The translations under genes and the position numbers were made by a program. Below are positions 51,732 to 62,027 of a DNA stretch of 64,000 bases, piece by piece. The stretch is from Lepidodermella squamata (taxonomy: Eukaryota; Animalia; Gastrotricha). Positions within the stretch are counted from its first letter, which is position 1; every line of letters begins with the position of its first letter. The DNA is taken from assembly GCA_047495785.1 (NCBI GenBank), contig JBLDXI010000020.1:2170001-2234000 (forward strand), written 5' to 3'. The notes beneath the pieces are model-generated. The model was not told the DNA's origin. It saw only the letters and a list, made by a program, of their open reading frames with translations, and ran no database searches.

Positions 51732-54700
51732 ATGGATAACATCGCTTTTCTCATGTTTTTGATGGCCATCTCGGTTGTAGGTGGCCAATCTGTGAGCAGG
51801 AAGAAAATCGAGCCGAAAATCGTCGTGAACAGTATAATTATTTTTTTCTTTTAATTCTGTATTATTTTCAATTATTCCTAATAAAGGAACTAGGCACCGA
51901 GGTGATAGTTCACATGAAACGAAAATCCCGCCGAGGCATACTGACGAGCAAAAAGTCCTCGATTCGGTTTTCAAGGAATATGATCCCCACGTTTTACCTG
52001 TTGTAAATAATCGAGTTGTAACTGTTTACATCGGCTTGAATTTAATTCAAATTTTCGATCTCGACGAAAAAAATCAAGGTAATACATTGAAAAAATTTTC
52101 TCACATTTTTTGCGGCTATTATTATTATTTTTTAGTTCTCATCGCAAATTGCTGGCTTGACATGGTTGGACATTAATAATTGTTATTAATTTTTAATAAT
52201 TTTTTTCACACACAGGAATGGTTCGATGATTTTATGAGGTGGCGAATTTCACTAAAATTTTTATGCGAATCTAATTTTCGAATCATTAGATGGGATCCAA
52301 ATGATGTAAATGGTCTGGAAATGGTTCGAATTTTTTCGAACACGATTTGGATTCCTGACATAGTGTAAATTTTTCGTTATATTCTCGGGACTTTCTATTT
52401 TTGTATCAATTATATTTATATTTCAACCCACGGCAAGTCTCTATAACAAGTAAGTCAGTCCCGATTACTTTCTTTCATGCCATAATCACTTAAATTCAAA
52501 TCAAGTGCCGAGGAGTACAAGCAAAACAAAATATTGACGAGGGCAATGGTGCGGTACGATGGTAACGTTATTTATCCAGTCCCTGCTAAAGTCTACAGCT
52601 CGGTAATGATTAAACGATCCTCCTCAATTTTCAAAGATATATTTAATGGCGTTTTCAATATTCCGCAAATCAGTGCAAAATTGACGTGAGTTGAATGTGA
52701 TTTGTCATCAAATTGAATCACGATTTAATTTTGGGAATTTCTAACAGGTAACGTACTTCCCATTCGATGAGGTGAAATGATTTTAATTGTGGCTCAATGT
52801 CTAAAATCGAATACAATTTTCCCAGCAATTATGTCGACTTAAATATGGCAGGTGAGGGGACATTTTGCGTGGACTCGATATTAATTTAAAAAATATATAT
52901 AAATTTCCTGATGACGTCATAGCTGGTCCTATCACGGTAGGTTTTTTTTAGGTTTTACAGCCATATTAATAGTATTTCGCCCAAAGGTTGGCGAGTTGAC
53001 ATCACGAATCGGACGGCAGGTATAATGTCCTGGAAATCAGTTCAAAAAATCTTCAACTTTCGAATTTTAAGGAATTGATGTATCGAATTATGTCCCAAAG
53101 TGAGTTGGAACACGAGTGAAAGAAATTCAGCGATTTTTCTTATATTTTAAGCGGAGAATGGGACGTGGTTGGGCTTTATCAAGAACGGCATTTGGTCTAC
53201 TACTCATGCTGCGTCGAGCCGTAAATTTCCCAAAATGCGCAAAAAATTCAATTAAATTAATTTTTTTTTCAAAGATACTCCGATGTCACGTTTTTCATTC
53301 ACCTTCGGCGAAAGACACTCTAGTAAGGTTTCTGAAAATTTTCAAACTAATATTTAATTTAATTCAATTTTTAGCTATTTTATGAACGTGTTTTTCCCCT
53401 CAAGTATCATGTCTACGATGACTGGTAAAATTCTGAAATTTTCTAAAAATATTTATCGTGAATTTCGATTCAGTATTGGTCTTCTTGCTTCCTTCTGAGT
53501 CTCATCAAAAAATCACACTGGGAATTACGACACTCCTGTCTTATTCTGTGTTCACCCTAGCGGTCGTGCAAAAATTGCCAGACACCAGGTAAAATTCGAA
53601 AAATTCCAATTACATCATATTGGCCGTTGTGTCTTTTACAGCGAATATCTACCCTTAATCAGTAAGTCACGGACCAGAATGAATCTGGTTGAGATCAACT
53701 TATTACCTTTTTAAGGCCTGTACCTGTCCATTGTTTTATCGGTCACCTCGCTGTCAATTTTGACGACAGTCGGCATATTGTCACTGCATTATCAAAGCCG
53801 GCGTAAAATCAAACCCGTCCCACGCCGAATCAAGCGATTTTTCTTCAAAACAGTCGGCCCGCTAATTTGGATCGCCGAGCCACAGCCGTCGGTTGTTAAT
53901 AAATCGTTGAAAAACATCGCAGATCAACTGCTGCAAATTACGTATGCTAGGTCGACGCGTCGAATTACGAAAAGTGTATGTCACGTCTTGGTGTGGAGAA
54001 TCTTAAATGAAGACAATTATTTATCGCAGAGAATTTTGGCGAAATTGAGGCGAAAAGCGAAGAGGAGCTTGAATGCGAACAATCCGTGAGTTTCAAAAAA
54101 AAAGAATTATATTCTAATAGGATAATTTCGAAAACATGGAAAAAATTCGAAATGCAATGGCCTTGAATGTGAATATGAAGTGTCAAGAGGCAGACAGCCA
54201 GAACAGCAAAAAACAGCGTAACATCCCAAAACAGCAAACGCGACAAAACAGCGAATTTTTTGCTTCGCGGCAAAACAGCAGAAAATTAAGAAGTGAAATA
54301 GAAAAATCCGCCGTTATGTCGCGTTTGAGGCTCTGCTCTTTTGACAATTTGCTGTTTTGGCGCCGTGCCATACTTGAAATTAAGCTCGAATTTTGAAGAA
54401 AATAAAGAATATATCAGCTCTTTCGTTTAGAAAAAATGAAATTATTTTCGGAGGCCCTAGGCCTTATATGATACCGTTAAAAATATGCACTCCTTTTGAG
54501 GTCTTCCCACAAACTCCGTTTCTTTTTTTCTTATGTGTATGCGAGTGAACACACAGAGTTGGCCCCGGGTCGGGTCTCTTCCCGGGTTGGGCCGGGTTGG
54601 GTCCATTTGGGTCGGCCCCGGGTCTCTTTCCTCAGACCCGCGGGTTTGTCTCTTCTTCTGAGGGTGTATCTATTTGAGGTTTGAGGGCACAAGGGGTTAG

Positions 54701-57040
54701 ACTTTTCAGTCTGACTTTGCCGCAAACGAGCGTCTTTGTAGAAACTATCTCACATGAGACTAGCAGTAAGCCTGTGGCTAGAGCGAAAATCACGGCAAAT
54801 GAAACGACTGTAACCGGCAAATGCCTTGGCATTGTAGTTAAGGACCCGCGGGTCGACCCGCCTGGGTTGGGTCGGGCCCGGGTTGGGTTTGGGTCCAATT
54901 TTTTGGACCCGGGGCCAACTCTGTGAACACATACACATACAGCAAAAAGCATACAGACCCGTTCACAAGTTCACAAACTGATTTATTTTCTCCTTGTGAT
55001 TTTTTTCTGGCGGAAGGGATCATCGAAAAAAGGATGGCGGCACGTCGAATCGAACCTTAACGTCGAACCTTCGAATCGACGACTTCGCACACATCGATAA
55101 TTATATCGACATGGCTAAGCCGTCAAGCTTAACCCTTTCATGGCGGAATTATTTATCTGCGGGAGAAAAAATATTTGACGGCAGTTCTAGGGGTTTTAGA
55201 GGGCCCTGACCACGATTTTGAAACCCGTTTGTCTCTATCTATCACCGTTAATGCTGTACAAAAACTGGCCGAAATCGTCCTATCCGCCCAGCTGATTTCA
55301 GCAGATTTTTCGAACACCCTAATTTCTGTGTCAGGTGCCTCCAGCTTTGGAATTTTAGATTATAAATTACTCCCATGAATGTCCCCATGATTCTCCCTCA
55401 CTTAAATCGCCGAAAACATTCAGTTTAAAAAAGTTTCAGAGGCTCAGCATTCAGATCTGAATTCAGCTTTTCCAGTTTTCGCTCGCGACAGTTTTCGCAG
55501 CACAAAAACCACGCACTCCGCCTGTATGAGTCCTGGTGGATAGGACGATTTCGGCCGGTTTGATTAAATCTCAATAGCGTCGTCATTTTTAATTTCCAAC
55601 TCGAAAAGATTTACACAGAGGTCAAGTTGAAAAAAATCGAAATTTCTATCTCAGGTTGACTATTTTCAAATTGCTTTTATGTCCTGACCATGCAAGATAA
55701 CGGCGCCCTGGTCTTAAAACCTTGTAGCCAACATCAAAAAGCAATAGTCCTGAAAAGGGCGATCAAAAATTCATCGAATTCAATTTTCTGTGAATTTTCA
55801 AAGTCGAAATTCCGAAATCGTCCTTCCCGCCGTGAAACATGCCGTGAAAGGGTTAATGCGTGACCTATAAAATAGGCTTCAAGGCAAAAAATGCATTGAT
55901 AAAAGCGTCAATAAACAAGTCGAGAATTAATGATTCATGCCTGCACTTGACCTAGGAAACACGGATGGCTTTTACAGATTTTAGCAACCAATAATTAACC
56001 TTTTTATAGCGACAGATAAATATGATGGCAACATAGTGCAGTTTAACAGGCGGACGGGGTTCGAGCCCCATTCGAAGATGGCCATTTTTTTCAGTGGCCT
56101 CTTCGACCAGATGCTAAAAATCACATACAAAGAGAAAAGAAGTCAGTTTGTGAACGGGTTTGTATGCGATTTTTTTCGCCAACACATACGACCCCGGCAA
56201 AAAACTTATTACAAATCACATACACAGACCTTCAAATTAGCCTTGAGGGTTTCCTTCTAGATTCCTCAAAAATTAATCAAGGGAATTTCCATATTTAATA
56301 TTGTTGAAAATATTGTATCATTCCTAAGATGTTAAAGGGTTCAACCTTTGGAGGCCTAATAATGTTTCCTTGTCTCCTATTGTTAAGGTGACTACTAAAA
56401 AAGTACCTGAAAATGAAACACAAAATTTGTAATTTAGAAATGGTTGCTATGAAATGATGCCGGTGAAATCGCCAGTGATGACGCCTATTCGAATATCTGG
56501 GTCTGTTGATAGCTTAGTCGAATCCGGCAATTTGGCAGTTTCACCTCAATACCCCGCAAATGGCTACTTAGGATCGAAACCTGACCTCAACGCGGGCTCC
56601 GAATTTTTCAGCGACGGTGCGAATTGTAGTAGCAGTAATTACGAGGAAGAATCAGACGACAGTGACGCCAGCTTTTTCACGTGTCAACAGCTTCAATTCG
56701 CGGCGAAAAATAAGGACATGAACGCGGCTACAACTCGCAACTTTCGGCAATTCATTGAACTGAGAAGAATCGTCAAATCCTTGAAAAAATTGGCAAACAG
56801 CCAAATTGGCGATCAAACCCGCGAAGAACTCCTCGTTGAATGGCAACATCTTGCGACCGTTGTCGATCGCGTTCTTTTCATCTTCTTCCTTCTTGTCACG
56901 GTTGGCTTGTTATTTAGGACAATGTAAGGATTGGTTTTTATAATTTAAATTTTGTTCTACAGCTCGCCACCACTGGGTTTTTGGTGCTCAAGCCTAGCAT
57001 CCTACGGCCGACGATCGATGTCTCGACGCATCCGCATTAA
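51732..57040 (+). CDS. Divergent nicotinic acetylcholine receptor alpha-type subunit 3 (~21-22 exons including 12-14 bp microexons)
   Basis: Manual GT-AG splicing gives [19 protein letters not shown]...[11 protein letters not shown]...[26 protein letters not shown]...YYSCCVEPYSDVTF...LPSESHQKITLGITTLLSYSVF...EWQHLATVVDRVLF...THPH*. Confidence 0.85.
54554..54923. mobile_element. hAT-type MITE
   Basis: TIR CAGAGTTGGCCCCGGGTC / GACCCGGGGCCAACTCTG, exact 8-bp target-site duplication TGAACACA on both sides, CCCGGGT subterminal repeats. Confidence 0.92.
55133..55852. mobile_element. piggyBac-type MITE
   Basis: TTAA-CCCTTTCATGGC ... GCCGTGAAAGGG-TTAA. Internal inverted pair GGCCGAAATCGTCCTATCC / GGATAGGACGATTTCGGCC. 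Confidence 0.85.
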
Positions 57041-57957
57041 AATTATTATAATCACCATGACAGATGATGCGAATCTCAAGAAAAAACTTGCAATAATTCG
57101 TTCTTAAAAAATCAGTTTTTGCACCAATAAATAATTTCCCATTTTTTTCAGTATATGACATAGCGTGATAAGAATGAACTTGACGCTGTACAAATGCTGC
57201 GCTATTAGTCCACGCTGATGCGTGAAATTTAAAATATATATAAACTCATTAATATTTCATTATATACAGTGTCATTTGGCCTTAACGGCTCTTCTATAAT
57301 AATGTACACACAACATAATAATAAATAACAGAAAAATAATAAATTGATAGAGGCTAATTCACATTGGTAACGATTTTTGTACCATGCTGTGCCATATATA
57401 AAAAAATGCCCTGCTTTTTGAGCCACCCTGCTGGGCGCACGTGATTGAAGATAACATATAATTCCTCGATATCTCTTTCAATAATACGTTGTACCCGCGA
57501 TTACATCGTAAATACCAGCGTTTATTTTTCGAATTTATTTATTTGATTTGTGAATGAAATCGACTCGACTGGTGTGGCTTGCCTTGTTCCATTTTTAATG
57601 AAACTTTATTGATGCCAAAAGTTTTGTTGATACGCAACAGCGATGAAAGTTTTATGCGAAATTGTGCGCACCCTATACAATCCGCGCGCCATCCCTGGAG
57701 TGCGAGCGCGCCGAGTTAACACCAGGTTTTATTGCTATACAGCCGCTATGTGGTCGGTCACATATGGCGATGAGTAAAATCACGCTAACATTTTCGCTTT
57801 CCCACCCAAACCTTTCAAAGTGATTAGAAAAAAAACCGATCGCGATCTTTTTACAGTGAAATTATTCCCTATTGCCTAATAATTTTCTGCACCTAAATGA
57901 CGGACACTTTTTACCGTTTTTTTTCTCCTAGATGAAGGCATCGTAGCTTCGAGAAAA

Positions 57958-60900
57958 ATGAGAAATATTGTCGCTGGAACACTGTTAATTTTCTCATTTT
58001 TCGCCGCATCTTCTGCGAACAGCCAGCGAAAGGAGCAGAAAAAGGACAACAAGAACAAGGATATCAAGAAGCATTTCAACTTGACAGCTATCCAACATGG
58101 CGCAGTAACGGGCACTTTTCTCAACCAGGAAGCGTCGACCGGCGGCGTTTTTGTCCGTCCCGGCCGGTTGACGGACGAGCAGCGGCTTATGGAGAAGTTA
58201 TTTAGAACCTACGACCGATACGCTCGGCCGGTTTTCAATCTAACCGACGCGGTGACTATCAGCATGAGTCTGACAATTACTCAAATTTTCGAGCTTGATG
58301 AGAAAAATCAGGTATAATTTCTATATTTTCCTATTTTCTATTTTTGGAAATTTTTATCAGGTTCTGATTACGAACGCTTGGGCGAATTTGGAATGGACTG
58401 ATCAGTACATGTCGTGGGAACCTGAAGACTTTTCGGGCATGACCATGGTTCGCATTATGAGTAGCAAATTATGGCTACCAGGTATGACCCAATTCCTTTA
58501 TTGATAGCTTAATTTTTTACAATTTAAAGATATCGTGCTATACAATAACGCGGCCGATTTTTCGCCGAATGTTCTTGAAACTCGGGCAATGGTGTCGAAT
58601 AACGGTCATATTTTCTGGTCTGTACCAACTAAATTATTTTCTTCCTGTAAAATCGATGTCACGTAAGCTGTTGCACCAATTTGGAATGAATATTTTAATT
58701 TTACCGAAATTTTTCAGATATTTCCCATTCGATGAACAACATGTAAGTTTCATTAAGATTGCGGAATATTTTTTATTTCTTTCGATTTTAGTGCCGAATG
58801 AAATTTGGAAGCTGGACTTACGGTGAGCTCAGACGATTTTAAAGGGCTTATTTTACTTTATTTGAATTTCAGATGGCTTCAAAGTCGACCTTGTGAATAG
58901 CTCAACTACGGCTGACCTTTCCTTATACATGAAATCTGGGGAATGGGATTTGATAAGCGCCTTTCAAGTAAAATTTCATAAAATAATCAATAATATAATA
59001 ATTGATTTTAATTATTTATCCATTTTTATCTAGAAAAGAAATGTGGTTCTATACACTTGCTGTAAGATTTATTTTCAATTTTTTCTCAATTTTTTCAAAA
59101 TTCTGATTTTAGGTATCGAGCCATATCCTGATGTCACATTCTACGTAGGTTTATCACATTTTTTCCACATTTTTTATTTTTTTTTGCTAAAATGTAAAGC
59201 TCCATATTAAGCGGAAACCTCTTTACTACACGATCAACGTCTTTCTACCGTGTCTACTCATGAGCGCTTTGACACTGCTTGTTTTCCTACTACCAGCTGA
59301 ATCTGGCGAAAAATGCGGTATTTCAGCATTCAGCTCTCAGTCAAACATTTAGTTGATTTCGCTGATTTTAGGTCTTGGCATCACAATTATGCTCAGCTTT
59401 GCCGTTTTCATGCTAACAGTCATCGAAAAACTGCCGGATACCAGCGAATCTTTCCCATTAATAAGTGAGTAATTAATTAATTAATTAAAAAATGGGTTGG
59501 CATATTCCCACCATTGACAATGAGGAGGTTCCAGCACTAAATTTTTCGATCGGTTTTTTTTCCTTTGGATCTCTTATTTTAGCTACCTGATACCATCAGC
59601 TAGATAAATGCATTTTCAAAATTGACATACAAGACGTCCGTTATCGGAAAAATCACTGATTTGTAAACTCGATACTTAAAATCGATATCGACCCTGTGGA
59701 CTAAATTTCAAGTCGTAAACTGACCGCCGATAGCTCAAAATGCGCGTATAACACCAAGATATATCGGTAAGGCATTTAAATTGAGTGCTGGAGCCTCGAA
59801 TTCAGGGATAGAACCCTATTTTTATGTTGAAAACTTTTACATTTTTACATTTTACATTTTACATTTTACATTTTTTCAAGGTGTTTACCTCACGGTTGTC
59901 ATGTCGACGACAGCTATTTCAATCGTTATAACCGTTTCACTACTCACGCTAAACCACAAATCAAGCCGAAGTGCCCCGGTCAGACCTTGGTTGGGGCAGT
60001 TACTCGACAAAGTATCGCCGTTATGCTGCATTACTGTGGCCCCGCCCGAAGATTTATCACGCCGAATGTCGTCGACCTGCAGTTCGGACTCTGACGGCGG
60101 TAGCTACGATGCGAAAAGCATACACTATGACGAAACTGACACGGCCGTAGTCCTCGACGAGGAGTATCGCTACCGGACCCAGGTTACCAACAACAACTGC
60201 CAGAGGCGGAAGATTAGGAGTCCTTCGATTACGAGCAGCAGTTCGGATTCGGGTAATAGCTTGCTGGATAAATCGCTGACACCTGTTGAGCTGCTGCGGC
60301 TGCTGACTTTCGAACTGAGTGAAACGGCGCGGGTTTCGTCGGATTCGGGCAACAGCCTTGGTCCGACTTTTCATGAAGTAGTTCTCGGCTTGCACCGGCT
60401 TCTCGATCGAGAGCAGAAGGAAACGCAGTTTCGGGTAAACAAATTGCACTTTAAAACTCAGAATTTGAACGGAAGGAAGGAAGAGCGGAAGAGTTGGTGA
60501 AGAGGTTTGAGGGGTAGGAGTGTTGGCGATCGAGTTTTGTAAACAAGAAAATGTCCTTAAACGAGAACAGGCTTCCTCATTTCTAAATTTCTAAAAATAA
60601 ATTGAATTTGAATGGAAAATGTAGAATATATCACTGAGGAACCAAAATTTCAATGTTTCGAGATGAACTGCGCTTATGGAAGCGCCAGTTAGAATTTTTT
60701 TTAAGGTCAAACGCCCAATTAATTAAGGCTAATGAATTATGCATGTCTGACGATTAAAGTGCTCCAAATATTTGCGACGCGAATATTAAAAGGTCAAAGC
60801 ACTAAATTTAAGCATACTATTTTCCGATTTTACCATCTACCCTGTATTGATCAAGAAAGGGACAATCCCCCATGTCCTTGGAATTTTTTATTTTAGCGAC

Positions 60901-61488
60901 AACACAGCAACTTCGCAGAACAGCAAATGCGACAAAACGGCAACTTTTCTATTTCGCGACAAAACAGAGAAAACTTACTCTGTAAAAGATGTTTCTGCTG
61001 TTATGCCGCAAGTTGAACAAATTTGCTGTTTTGTCGCGTTTGCTGTTTTGGGTATTTGCTGTAGTGGCGGTCTGCCCAATTAAGTATAGAAAAATGTCAA
61101 ATGTTTCCAAGACTTCCGAATGAGCGTAATAATGAGATCAATAGGTCGAGAATGAAAATAAAATTCCTGATTCTTGGAAATTTGGTGATGGAACCATAAG
61201 CTTAGGGTGTACACCTGGCCTAGCCTCGATGATTAATTTTGATATCCTCTCAACATCTTAGAAGCCTTCTTGGGCTTGGTAAATATTTGCTATTCCGTTT
61301 ATTGCCTAAAAAGTTCAGGGGTGCGCGTAATTAATGTCTCACTTAATTTTCTCTAGCAAAATGCAGCGACGTGGCGGAGATTGGCTCAGTTCATCGATCG
61401 ATTGCTGTTCTGGTTTCTGTTATGCATCGTAACTTTCTTCACTGTATTCCTTCTGGTCCTGGCGCCTTCATTCAAACTACTCGGATAA
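57958..61488 (+). CDS. Nicotinic acetylcholine receptor alpha-type subunit 4 (~12 exons)
   Basis: Signal peptide; [14 protein letters not shown]; WLP|[11 protein letters not shown]; [14 protein letters not shown]|[10 protein letters not shown]; YTC|[11 protein letters not shown]; ESGEKC|[13 protein letters not shown]; last exon [14 protein letters not shown]...KLLG*. Confidence 0.92.
59834..59871 (+). repeat. (TTTTACA)n microsatellite next to a splice acceptor
   Basis: About five TTTTACA units immediately before TTTTTTCAAG|GTGTTTAC. Confidence 0.8.
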
Positions 61489-61696
61489 CTTGGATTTTGT
61501 TCCCATCATTATTTTCTGTTGAGCTTGGGACAGTGATATTGGAGCCCATTATAAGACTACTACCTATTATGCAATTCACCTGAAATTTACAATAAAAATT
61601 TGCGAAATTTAAGATGAGTCGCTCAATATATTTTTATTTTATTTTCTGCACGATACATTATTTTTTTTCTTCCGTTGGACGAAGATTGGAAATGAT

Positions 61697-62027
61697 TCAG
61701 CTGGAACAGAACAATTCAATGAAATATAGCCGCTTATCAGTTTTGACTTTCACACATTTCTCCTGAATTTCCTGTTAAATTAAGAAATTTATAAAATTTC
61801 ATAAATAGTTGTAGTGAGTAAAATACCGGATTGCTACAACGTTGACGGCATCGCTCTTTCGATAACGTGCCCATCGATTTCATGGCATAGACCAGAAGTT
61901 CAGCCAAGTCTTCATCTGTCAAGCCTTGCAGTTTTGCCGATATTTCAGGACTAATCGCATTTGCAGACGAGGTAACTATCAAAGCTGAGGCGAACGCAAG
62001 CGCGAATGTGATGTATAAACCATTCAT
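61697..62027 (-). CDS. Small secreted 4-Cys protein P6 (2 coding exons: 62027-61827 and 61771-61697)
   Basis: Splicing the GT-AG intron gives MNGLYITFALAFASALIVTSSANA...LQGLTDEDLAELL...RCRQRCSNPEIQEKCVKVKTDKRLYFIELFCSS*, with the same Cys spacing as P1. Confidence 0.82.

Noticed and set aside
54496-55023. GC-rich Pro/Gly/Arg ORFs
   Set aside because: They derive from the CCCGGG subterminal repeats of the hAT MITE.
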